Shown piece by piece: positions 1-7,524 of a stretch of 32,000 bases of DNA; within the stretch, counting starts at the first letter, position 1, and each line of letters opens with the position of its first letter. The DNA is from Halorhodospira halophila SL1 (GTDB lineage: Bacteria; Pseudomonadota; Gammaproteobacteria; Nitrococcales; Halorhodospiraceae). Position numbers and translations under genes: made by a program. The stretch is from positions 2,580,001 to 2,612,000 of the forward strand of contig NC_008789.1 in NCBI RefSeq assembly GCF_000015585.1. The letters are read 5' to 3'. The notes beneath the pieces were generated by a model. That model saw only the letters and a list, made by a program, of their open reading frames with translations. It made no database searches and was not told the DNA's origin.

Positions 1-1
1 G

Positions 2-1453
2 CTGGGGATCCGCCACGTGCTGCTGGCCGTCAACAAGATGGACCTGGTCGATTGGGATCAGGGCACCTTCGAGGCGATCCGCGACGAGTACACCGCCTTC
101 GCCCGCCGCCTCGGCATCCCCGATGTGCGCTGCGTGCCGCTGTCCGCGCTCAAGGGGGATAACGTCGTCCACCGCGGCGAGCACCTGCCCTGGTACGACG
201 GCCCAACGCTCATGGAGCTGCTGGAGACCGTGGAGGCCAAGGCCGACCGCAATCTGCGCGATCTGCGCCTGCCGGTGCAGACTGTGGTCCGCCCCTCCCA
301 CGACTTCCGCGGCTTCGCCGGCACCCTGGCCGCCGGCACGGTGCGCCCCGGGGACGAGGTCGTGGCCCTGCCTTCCGGGCTGCGCAGCCGCGTGGCGCGC
401 ATCGTCACCTACGACGGCGACCTCGACGTGGCCTTTCCGCCGCAGTCGGTGACCGTCACCCTGACCGACGAGATCGACGTCTCACGCGGCGATGTCCTGG
501 CCAGCCCGACCCACCCGGCCACCGTGGACGACACCCTGGATGCGCGCATCGTGTGGATGGCCGAGCAACCGCTGCTGCCCGGACGCCAGTACGACATCAA
601 GCTGGGCACGGCCACCGTCCCGGCCGTGGTCGAACGGATCCACCACCGCATCGACGTCAACACCCTCGAGCACCACCAGGTGGAGGAACTCGGGCTCAAC
701 GAGATCGGCCTGTGTCGCGTCCAGCTCTCCGCCCGGGTGCCCTTTGACCCCTACGACGAGATCGCCAACACCGGATCGTTCATCGTCATCGACCGGATGA
801 GCCTGCACACCGTCGGCGCCGGCATGGTCACCCGCGCGGCAACCGAGGCCGCCGGCGCCGAGACCGATGTCCCGCGCCGCCGGCTGGCCCTGAGCAAGGC
901 CCAGCGCGCCGGGCAGAAGGGGCAGCGGCCGTGCATCGTCTGGCTCACCGGGCTGTCCGGCTCCGGCAAGTCGAGCCTGGCCAACGCCCTGGAGCAGGCG
1001 CTGTTCCGGCGCGGCTACCACAGCTACCTGATCGACGCGGGCAACGTCCGCCACGGGCTGAGCCACGACCTGGACTTCAGCCGCGACGCGCGGGCCGAGA
1101 ACATCCGCCGCATGGCCGAGACAGCCACCATGTTCGTCGACGCCGGGCTGATCACCGTCTGCGCCAGCCTCTCGCCGTACCGCGACGACCGCGCCATGGT
1201 CCGCGAGCGGGTCGAACCCGGCGAGTTCATCGAGGTGCACGTGGACGCCACCATCGACGCGTGCCGCGCCGCGGACCTGGACGGGCTCTACGCCCGCGCC
1301 GACGCTGGCGAGATCCAGGGCCTGCCCGGTGTGGACATCCCCTACGAGGCGCCGGAACAGCCCGAGGTCCGCGTGGACACGGTGGCCGAGGACCTGGAGA
1401 CCTCGGTGCGCAAGATCCTCACCGCCCTGGAGGAGCGCGGGGTGCTGCGCTAG
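2..1453 (+). CDS. cysNC: Sulfate adenylyltransferase subunit 1 fused to an adenylylsulfate (APS) kinase-like domain (CysN-CysC fusion); 5' end cut by the window edge
   Basis: The frame is open from nt 2 (LGIRHVLLAVNKMDLV, containing the NKxD G4 GTPase motif). EF-Tu-like domains II/III follow. The C-terminal ~190 aa carry the APS-kinase P-loop GLSGSGKSS plus NVRHGL and ENIRR. The GTG at 17 in the ORF track is internal, not the true start. Confidence 0.85.
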   Translation: MGIRHVLLAVNKMDLVDWDQGTFEAIRDEYTAFARRLGIPDVRCVPLSALKGDNVVHRGEHLPWYDGPTLMELLETVEAKADRNLRDLRLPVQTVVRPSHDFRGFAGTLAAGTVRPGDEVVALPSGLRSRVARIVTYDGDLDVAFPPQSVTVTLTDEIDVSRGDVLASPTHPATVDDTLDARIVWMAEQPLLPGRQYDIKLGTATVPAVVERIHHRIDVNTLEHHQVEELGLNEIGLCRVQLSARVPFDPYDEIANTGSFIVIDRMSLHTVGAGMVTRAATEAAGAETDVPRRRLALSKAQRAGQKGQRPCIVWLTGLSGSGKSSLANALEQALFRRGYHSYLIDAGNVRHGLSHDLDFSRDARAENIRRMAETATMFVDAGLITVCASLSPYRDDRAMVRERVEPGEFIEVHVDATIDACRAADLDGLYARADAGEIQGLPGVDIPYEAPEQPEVRVDTVAEDLETSVRKILTALEERGVLR

Positions 1454-1465
1454 CGCAGCCCCCGC
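1437..1465. terminator. GC-rich stem-loop straddling the cysNC stop codon between two convergent genes; possible bidirectional transcription barrier or RNA 3'-end stabiliser
   Basis: GCGGGG(T)GCTGCG - CTAG - CGCAGCCCCCGC forms about 12 bp with one bulged T. The loop contains the TAG stop. No U-tract follows on either strand, so it is not a canonical intrinsic terminator. Confidence 0.3.
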
Positions 1466-1472
1466 CCTCTCC

Positions 1473-2933
1473 TCACCCCTTGAGCACCCCCAGCGGACGC
1501 AGGCGGGCCACCCGGCGGCCAATGCCGGCGTGGGCCACCACGTCCACCACATCGGACACGTCCTTGTACGCCTCGGCCAGCTCCTCGGCCACCGTCTGCC
1601 GGGACGAGGCGCGCACCTCGATACCAGCCTCGGCCAGCTCGGCATCCAAGTCCCGCCCCTCAGCGGCGCGTTTGGCCTGGCGCCGGCTGAGACGGCGTCC
1701 GGCGCCGTGGGCGCAGGAGCCGAAGGTCTCGGCGTAGGCGCCCTGGGTGCCGAGCAGGACGTAGGAGTAGCGGGTCATGTCGCCGGGCAGCAGCACCGGC
1801 TGCCCGAGCCCGCGCAGATCCTCGGGGAGTTCCGGGTGGCCGGGCGGGAAGGCGCGGGTGGCGCCCTTGCGGTGGACGCAGACCTCGCGCTCCTCACCGT
1901 CGACCCGATGGCGCTCGAACTTGGCGATGTTGTGGGAGACGTCGTAGACCAGCTCCAGGTGCGCCTCCTCCCCCAGCACCTCGGCGAAGACCCGGCGCAC
2001 CTGCTGGGTCATCGCCTGGCGGTTGACGTAGGCGAAGTTGGCGGCGGCCTGCATGGCCCCCAGGTAGTCCCGGGCGGCGGAGCAGCTCAGCGGCGCGCAG
2101 GCCAGCTGACGGTCGGGCAGCTCGATGCCGTTGCGCCCGGTGATCCGCTCCATGGTCACCAGAAAGTCATCGCAGACCTGGTGACCGAGCCCGCGTGACC
2201 CGGAGTGGATCATCACGGTCAGCGTCCCCGCCTCGAGCCCCAGGCGGCGGGCAGCGGCTTCGTCGTAGACATCGTCCACACAGCCGATCTCGATGAAGTG
2301 GTTGCCGGATCCCACCGTACCGACCTGATCCCGTCCGCGCTGGATGGCCCGATCGCTGACCGCCTCGGGGTCGGCGCCGGGCAGGCACCCACGGTCCTCG
2401 ATCCGGGCCAGATCCTCGGGCTCGCCCAGCCCCACCTCCACGGCCCACGCCGCCCCCTCGCGCAGCAACCGGCGCATATCCCGGTTGCGCAGCAGGGTGT
2501 CGCCGTACCCACGGCCCATGCCGGCCGGGATGCGTTCGAAGAGTCGATCCATCAGGCGCGGCAGGTGGGCGCCCAGGTCCTCGGCCTGTAGCGGCGTCCG
2601 CAGCAGCCGGACTCCGCAGTTGATGTCGTAGCCCACCCCTCCGGGCGAGATCACGCCCCCCTGGTCCGGATCGAAGGCGGCCACGCCTCCGATGGGGAAG
2701 CCGAACCCCCAATGGATATCCGGCATGCCGATGGACCGCCCGACCACCCCGGGGAGGCAGGCCACATTGGCCACCTGGCGCACGGCCTCGGTATCGCGGA
2801 TGTCCTCAATCAACGCGTCGTTGGCGAAGATCAACCCGTCTACCTGCATCCGCCCCTGCCGCGGCAACCGCCAGCGGCAACTGTCGAGCCGTTCCAACTC
2901 CAGACCTTCAGCGGCCTCGATACGCTTGACCAT
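1473..2933 (-). CDS. rtcB: RNA 3'-phosphate/5'-OH ligase RtcB (long archaeal/metazoan-type form)
   Basis: 486 aa with MPDIHWGFGFPIGG, GGVGYDINCGVRLL, GSGNHFIEI, HSGSRGLGHQV, DVSHNIAK and CAHGAGR (the guanylyl-histidine motif). AGGAG lies 6 nt upstream of the ATG at 2933. Confidence 0.9.
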   Translation of the reverse strand: MVKRIEAAEGLELERLDSCRWRLPRQGRMQVDGLIFANDALIEDIRDTEAVRQVANVACLPGVVGRSIGMPDIHWGFGFPIGGVAAFDPDQGGVISPGGVGYDINCGVRLLRTPLQAEDLGAHLPRLMDRLFERIPAGMGRGYGDTLLRNRDMRRLLREGAAWAVEVGLGEPEDLARIEDRGCLPGADPEAVSDRAIQRGRDQVGTVGSGNHFIEIGCVDDVYDEAAARRLGLEAGTLTVMIHSGSRGLGHQVCDDFLVTMERITGRNGIELPDRQLACAPLSCSAARDYLGAMQAAANFAYVNRQAMTQQVRRVFAEVLGEEAHLELVYDVSHNIAKFERHRVDGEEREVCVHRKGATRAFPPGHPELPEDLRGLGQPVLLPGDMTRYSYVLLGTQGAYAETFGSCAHGAGRRLSRRQAKRAAEGRDLDAELAEAGIEVRASSRQTVAEELAEAYKDVSDVVDVVAHAGIGRRVARLRPLGVLKG

Positions 2934-3157
2934 CCCCGTCTCCTAGCGGTTGCACCCGTTGCCCGATCACCGTACCAAGCCCACCGGCCCGGACGGTGAC
3001 GGCCTCCCCCTCCGGCAAGGTTAGCCTGCCCGACGCGCCCCATGGTGGTGCATCCGCCCTGTGCCGAGGCACAGCAACGGGGCGCGCGATCCCCGGCCAC
3101 CCCGCACCTCGCCACCGAGGACCGCATAACCTGTTGATCTCCGGTTATCAAGGGACT

Positions 3158-3173
3158 TGGCCCGCGTCTTGCT
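3158..3173 (+). promoter_or_regulatory. Possible sigma-54 (-24/-12) promoter oriented toward the riboswitch and operon
   Basis: TGGCCC-GCGTC-TTGCT compared with the consensus TGGCAC-N5-TTGCW, with correct GG/GC spacing. It lies ~95 nt upstream of the aptamer. Motif match only. Confidence 0.25.
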
Positions 3174-3265
3174 TGGATAACGGGCAGCGGAGGCATCGAC
3201 CGCGAAGGGCAGCGGCCCAGGAGGTCCGCCCCGGAGCGTCACCGCTGACAATCTGGCCGCAATAG

Positions 3266-3364
3266 GCGTCTAGGGTTCCGTCCGCAGGCATGCGGAGCCT
3301 GGTCCGAGAGTCGCCGACCTCTCCCAGAGGGGGGTTACACGGAGGGACAAAAGCCCGGGAGATC
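3266..3364 (+). promoter_or_regulatory. Guanidine-I riboswitch aptamer (ykkC class, Rfam RF00442-like)
   Basis: All three invariant blocks are present in the right order: CUAGGGUUCCG (3270-3280), GGUCCGAGAG (3301-3310) and ACACGGAGGGACAAAAGCCCGGGAGA (3337-3362). Intervening hairpins are UCCGCA-GGCA-UGCGGA (3281-3296) and CCUCU-loop-AGGGG (3318-3332). It sits directly upstream of a urea-carboxylase-type operon, the classic genomic context. Confidence 0.85.
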
Positions 3365-3386
3365 GTGATCGATGCTCCCGCTTTTG
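3356..3386 (+). terminator. Riboswitch expression platform: intrinsic terminator hairpin whose 5' arm overlaps the 3' end of the aptamer
   Basis: CGGGAGATCG - TGAT - CGAT(G)CTCCCG forms 10 bp with one bulge and is followed by CTTTTG. The 5' arm (3356-3365) is the conserved CCCGGGAGA aptamer segment, so aptamer folding and terminator folding are mutually exclusive. Confidence 0.6.
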
Positions 3387-3416
3387 ACCCAACGGCAACC
3401 CCGAGGGAGAGATCCC

Positions 3417-4508
3417 ATGAGCCGCGAACGACGCCCGCTACGCCAACGACTCACCCACCTGTGCACCGCCGCCGCCCTCCTCGGCACCGCTGCACTGCCG
3501 CTCGCAGCCACCGCCGACGAACGCGACTCCTTCCGCATCGCCTGGAGCATCTACGTCGGGTGGATGCCCTGGGGCTACGGCGAGGCCGAAGGCATCGTCG
3601 ACAAGTGGGCCGACAAGTACGACATCGAGATCGATGTGGTGCAGATCAACGACTACATCGAGTCCATCAACCTCTACACCGCCGGCTCTTTCGACGGCGT
3701 CACCCTGACCAACATGGACGCCCTGACCATCCCGGCGGCCAGCGGCGTGGATACCACCGCGTTGATCGCCGGCGACTTCTCCGACGGCAACGACGGCGTG
3801 GTCCTTGAGGGGACCGACGACCTGGCCGACATCGAAGGCCAACGCGTCCACCTGGTCGAGCTGTCCGTATCGCACTACCTGCTCGCCCGCGCCCTCGACT
3901 CGGTGGGGCTGAGCGAGCGGGACGTCCAGGTGGTCAACACCGCCGACGCCGACATCGTCGGGGCCTTCCGTTCCCGCGATGTCCAGGCCGCCGTGGCCTG
4001 GAACCCACAGTTGGGCGAGATCCGCCGACAGGACGACGCCCATGTGGTCTTCGACTCCTCGGACGTACCCGGCGAGATCATCGACCTGCTCGGCGTGCGC
4101 ACCGAAGTGCTTGAAGAGCACCCGGAGCTTGGCAAGGCGCTGACCGGCGCCTGGTACGAGATCATGGACGTCATGTCCGGCGACGATGCCGCCGGCGAGG
4201 CCGCTCGCACCGCGATGGCCGAGGCGGCGGGCACCGACCTGGCCGGCTACGAGGAGCAGCTCGCCTCGACCACGTTCTTCTACGACCCCGCCGAAGCGGT
4301 GGACTTCGTCACCAGCGAACAGCCCGCCGAGACCATGGAGAACGTCCGCCAGTTCGCCTACCAGCACGGATTGCTCGGTGAGCGCGCCCCGAGCCCGGAT
4401 TTCGTCGGCATCGAGCTCGCCGACGGCTCGACCCTGGGCGATGCGAACAACGTCCAGTTGCGCTTCACCGACCGCTTCATGCGCAAGGCCGCCGAAGGCG
4501 AGCTGTAA
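3417..4508 (+). CDS. ABC transporter periplasmic substrate-binding protein, NMT1/NitT-TauT-like, urea-carboxylase-associated type (probable guanidine binding)
   Basis: ATG 3417 is preceded by GAGGGAGAG. The signal peptide is MSRERRPLRQRLTHLCTAAALLGTAALPLAATA. The mature part resembles urea-carboxylase-region binding proteins (FRIAWSIYVGWMPWGY...). The upstream ATG at 3372 lies inside the terminator loop and is rejected. Confidence 0.85.
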   Translation: MSRERRPLRQRLTHLCTAAALLGTAALPLAATADERDSFRIAWSIYVGWMPWGYGEAEGIVDKWADKYDIEIDVVQINDYIESINLYTAGSFDGVTLTNMDALTIPAASGVDTTALIAGDFSDGNDGVVLEGTDDLADIEGQRVHLVELSVSHYLLARALDSVGLSERDVQVVNTADADIVGAFRSRDVQAAVAWNPQLGEIRRQDDAHVVFDSSDVPGEIIDLLGVRTEVLEEHPELGKALTGAWYEIMDVMSGDDAAGEAARTAMAEAAGTDLAGYEEQLASTTFFYDPAEAVDFVTSEQPAETMENVRQFAYQHGLLGERAPSPDFVGIELADGSTLGDANNVQLRFTDRFMRKAAEGEL

Positions 4509-4514
4509 CGCCCT

Positions 4515-4541
4515 GCCCGGGGCGGCGGGTCCGCCCCGGGC
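4515..4541 (+). promoter_or_regulatory. Perfect 11-bp intercistronic stem-loop between the binding-protein and permease genes
   Basis: GCCCGGGGCGG - CGGGT - CCGCCCCGGGC. It starts 7 nt after the stop codon, has no U-tract, and is followed by AGGAG and ATG 4568. Confidence 0.5.
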
Positions 4542-4567
4542 CTCATCGGCAGCAGGAGCGCCTACCC

Positions 4568-5392
4568 ATGAAACGCCTGATCAACCGCCACCCCGGCCGG
4601 GTCGGGGGCGCCGCCCTGGCGATGCTCCCCTTTGTCCTGGCGCTGGTGGCCTACACCATCGCCTCGTCGCAGCGCCTGGCCGAGAATCCCAACGACCCGG
4701 TGCTGCCGTCGCTGATCACGCTGATCGAATCCTTCCTGCGCCTGGCCACCGAGGAGAGTCGGCGCACCGGTGAGGTCCTCCTGTGGTTGGACACCGGTGC
4801 CAGCCTCGGGCGGCTGGGCATGGGCGTGGCCCTGGCCGCCGCCATCGGCCTGCTGGTCGGCATCCTCAACGGCTGCCTGCCCTACGCGCGGCGTACCTTC
4901 TCGCCCTTCGTCACCGCCGTGGCCATGATCCCGCCGCTGGCGGTGCTGCCGATCCTGTTCATCGCCTTCGGCGTCGGCGAGCTGGCGAAGGTGATGCTGA
5001 TCGTCTTCGGTGTTGCGCCGTTCATCATGCGCGACCTGCAGCAGCGGGTCGAAGAGCTGCCGCGTGAGCAGCTGATCAAGGCGCAGACCCTCGGCGCATC
5101 GACCTGGCAGATCGTGCTACGGGTGATCCTGCCGCAGACCCTGCCCCGGCTGATCGACGCCACGCGGCTGAGCCTCGGGGCGGCCTGGCTGTTTCTCATC
5201 GCCTCGGAGGCCATCGCTGCCACTGAGGGGCTCGGCTACCGGATCTTCCTGGTCCGGCGCTACCTGGATATGGAGACGATCCTCCCCTACGTGGCGTGGA
5301 TCACCCTGCTCGCCTTCCTCTTCGATCTGACCCTGCGCGGGGTCAATCGCTGGTTCTTCCCCTGGTACGCCGGAAGGAGCGCCCGTTCATGA
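4568..5392 (+). CDS. ABC transporter permease (NitT/TauT family, urea-carboxylase-associated type)
   Basis: 274 aa, polytopic membrane protein with a BPD-transporter-like core (...KAQTLGASTWQIVLRVILPQTLPRL...). AGGAG lies 10 nt upstream. The stop overlaps the next start (ATGA). Confidence 0.85.
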   Translation: MKRLINRHPGRVGGAALAMLPFVLALVAYTIASSQRLAENPNDPVLPSLITLIESFLRLATEESRRTGEVLLWLDTGASLGRLGMGVALAAAIGLLVGILNGCLPYARRTFSPFVTAVAMIPPLAVLPILFIAFGVGELAKVMLIVFGVAPFIMRDLQQRVEELPREQLIKAQTLGASTWQIVLRVILPQTLPRLIDATRLSLGAAWLFLIASEAIAATEGLGYRIFLVRRYLDMETILPYVAWITLLAFLFDLTLRGVNRWFFPWYAGRSARS

Positions 5393-6129
5393 GTGCCACC
5401 ATCCGCCTGGAGAACGTCTGGAAATCCTACGGCCACGACGTCGTCCTGGAGAACCTGTCGCTGGAGGTCGCCGCCGGCTCTTTCGTCACCCTCGTGGGCG
5501 CCTCGGGCTGTGGCAAGACCACCTTCCTCAAGATGCTCCTCGGCGAGGAGGCGCCGAGCCGCGGCCGCCTGCTCATGGACGGCGCGCCCCTGCCCGGCGA
5601 GCCGGGGCCGGACCGCGGGGTGGTCTTCCAGCGCTACTCGGTCTTCCCCCACCTCACCGCGGTTCAGAACGTGCTCCTCGGCCTGGAGCTGGCCGACGCC
5701 CCGTGGCTAGGCCGCCTCTTCGGTGCCGCGCGGCGCACCGCCCGGGCGCAGGCGGTGACGGCCCTGGAGTCGGTCGGCCTGGAGCACGCCCTGGACAAGT
5801 ACCCGCCGGAACTCTCCGGCGGCATGCAGCAGCGCCTGGCCATCGCCCAGACCCTGGTCAAGGACCCGCGGGTCCTGCTCCTCGACGAGCCCTTCGGCGC
5901 CCTCGACCCCGGCATCCGGCAGGACATGCACGCGCTGATCCAGTCCCTGTGGCAGCGCACCGGGGTCACCGTCTTCATGGTGACCCACGACCTGCAGGAG
6001 GGCTTCACCCTCGGCAGCCGGCTGCTCGTCTTCGACAAGGTCCGCCACGACCCCCACGCCCCCGAGGCCTACGGGGCACAGATCACCTACGACATCCCCC
6101 TCGACCGCAACGCGGAGGCTTCCCCATGA
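5389..6129 (+). CDS. ABC transporter ATP-binding protein
   Basis: Walker A GASGCGKTT, signature LSGGMQQR, Walker B LLLDEPF. The ATG at 5389 overlaps the permease stop (ATGA). The longer ORF starting at 5296 is an upstream extension. Confidence 0.9.
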   Translation: MSATIRLENVWKSYGHDVVLENLSLEVAAGSFVTLVGASGCGKTTFLKMLLGEEAPSRGRLLMDGAPLPGEPGPDRGVVFQRYSVFPHLTAVQNVLLGLELADAPWLGRLFGAARRTARAQAVTALESVGLEHALDKYPPELSGGMQQRLAIAQTLVKDPRVLLLDEPFGALDPGIRQDMHALIQSLWQRTGVTVFMVTHDLQEGFTLGSRLLVFDKVRHDPHAPEAYGAQITYDIPLDRNAEASP

Positions 6130-6863
6130 GCACCCCCTCACTGCCCCAGGAGCGCATCGTCTACCGGGAACGCGTCCCCGGCGCCCGGTACGCATCGCTG
6201 ATCCTGAGCCGCGGTTTCGCCGTCCGCCTGACCGACGTCGACGGCACCGCCAACGCCGCGGCACTGCTGTACAACCCCCACAACCCGCTTGAGCGGTACA
6301 ACGCCCCGGACACCCTGAAAGGCCAGCACACCTCGCGGCTGTCCGCCGGCCACATGCTCTACTCGGACATGGGGCGGGTGATGCTTTCGATCACCAGCGA
6401 CAGCCTCGACTGGCACGACCCCATCGGCGGCATCAGCGACGCCGCCAGGGTGCGCCACACCTATGGCCAGGCCCGCTACCAGGAGCACCTCAACGACTTT
6501 TACCGCAGCGGTCGTGAACTCTTCCTCATCGAGATGGCCAAGTGGGGCCTGGGGCGCGCCGATCTGGTCCCCAACGTGAACTTTTTCAGCAAGGTCCAGG
6601 CGGACACCGAAGGCGCCCTGCATTTCATCCCGGACCACAGCCGAGCCGGCGCCCACGTGGACCTGCGGGCCGAGATGGACACTCTGCTGATCCTGCAGAC
6701 CGCGCCCCACCCCATGGATCCCGGGCCCACCTACACCCCCGGCGCGGTCGACCTCACCGTCTACCGGGCGGAACCGGTCGCCGCCGAAGACCCCTGCCTC
6801 ACCAGCCACCCGGAGAACGCCCGCGCCTACGCCAACACCATCGCCTACCACTGCCAGGAGTAA
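6126..6863 (+). CDS. DUF1989 'urea carboxylase-associated' protein; probable carboxyguanidine deiminase subunit
   Basis: 245 aa starting [19 protein letters not shown] overlap with the ATPase stop. Paralogous to the next gene ([19 protein letters not shown]... compared with [19 protein letters not shown]...). Confidence 0.8.
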   Translation: MSTPSLPQERIVYRERVPGARYASLILSRGFAVRLTDVDGTANAAALLYNPHNPLERYNAPDTLKGQHTSRLSAGHMLYSDMGRVMLSITSDSLDWHDPIGGISDAARVRHTYGQARYQEHLNDFYRSGRELFLIEMAKWGLGRADLVPNVNFFSKVQADTEGALHFIPDHSRAGAHVDLRAEMDTLLILQTAPHPMDPGPTYTPGAVDLTVYRAEPVAAEDPCLTSHPENARAYANTIAYHCQE

Positions 6864-6868
6864 GCGCC

Positions 6869-7519
6869 ATGACCGGCATGAACCTCGTCGAGAGCCCGCT
6901 CGAGCCCCGCGATGCCCTCTACCGCGTCACCGTCCCCGCCGGCGAACCGTGGCTGGGCGAGCTGCGCCGCGGCCAGACCCTGCGCATCGTCGATTTAGAG
7001 GGCAACCAGGCCGCCGACACGCTCTTCTACAGCCTCGACAACCCAAGCGGGGAGCGCTACAGCGCCGTCGATACCGTCCGCGAGCAGGCCAGCGCCTATC
7101 TGAGCACCGGCAGCCGGCTGCTCTCCACCGCCGGCCGGACGATGCTGACCCTCACGGCCGACACCTGCGGCCGCCACGATACCCTCGGCGGCGCCTGCGC
7201 CGCCGAGTCCAACCAGGTGCGCTACGCCCTGGATAAGAAGCCCATGCACAACTGCCGGGACAACTTCCTCATCGCCCTGGCCGAGAGCGATTACCCGCTG
7301 GGCAAGCGCGACCTCGGGCCGAATATCAACTTCTTCATGAACGTCCCGCTCACCCCCGAGGGCGGCCTCAGCTTCCAGGACGGCCTCTCCGGTCCGGGCA
7401 AGTACGTGGAGATGCGTGCCGAGATGGACGTCCTGGTGCTGCTCTCCAACTGCCCGCAGCTCAACAACCCGTGCAGCGATTACAACCCCACCCCCCTCGA
7501 GATGATCGTCTGGAAGTAA
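6869..7519 (+). CDS. Second DUF1989 'urea carboxylase-associated' protein; probable carboxyguanidine deiminase subunit
   Basis: 216 aa starting [18 protein letters not shown]1989-type sequence ([32 protein letters not shown]). Lies 5 nt after the preceding stop. Confidence 0.8.
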   Translation: MTGMNLVESPLEPRDALYRVTVPAGEPWLGELRRGQTLRIVDLEGNQAADTLFYSLDNPSGERYSAVDTVREQASAYLSTGSRLLSTAGRTMLTLTADTCGRHDTLGGACAAESNQVRYALDKKPMHNCRDNFLIALAESDYPLGKRDLGPNINFFMNVPLTPEGGLSFQDGLSGPGKYVEMRAEMDVLVLLSNCPQLNNPCSDYNPTPLEMIVWK

Positions 7520-7524
7520 CCGCC

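Noticed and set aside
2951-3052. TGCACC (2951-2956) and GGTGCA (3047-3052), resembling NtrC half-sites upstream of the sigma-54-like motif.
   Set aside because: They are ~90 nt apart rather than forming TGCACC-N5-GGTGCA dyads. The partner half-sites next to each are poor matches, so chance occurrence in GC-rich DNA is likely.
3417-3530. A possible twin-arginine (Tat) signal in the binding protein (SRERRPLRQRL).
   Set aside because: The RR is not followed by the x-F-L-K type consensus, and an ordinary Sec signal explains the sequence equally well.
3290-3808. The 172-aa ORF and the upstream ATG at 3372 of the binding-protein ORF, both overlapping the leader region.
   Set aside because: They run through the riboswitch aptamer and terminator; ATG 3372 sits in the terminator loop. 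The downstream ATG at 3417 has a strong GAGGGAGAG ribosome-binding site and yields a normal signal peptide.
5296-7524. N-terminal extensions of the ATPase (5296), DUF1989 (5703, 6542) and carboxylase (7471) ORFs shown in the six-frame track.
   Set aside because: The extensions overlap the preceding genes, are Arg/Pro-rich and lack homology-like sequence. Internal ATGs at 5389, 6126, 6869 and 7525 give canonical N-termini and typical ATGA or short-gap coupling.
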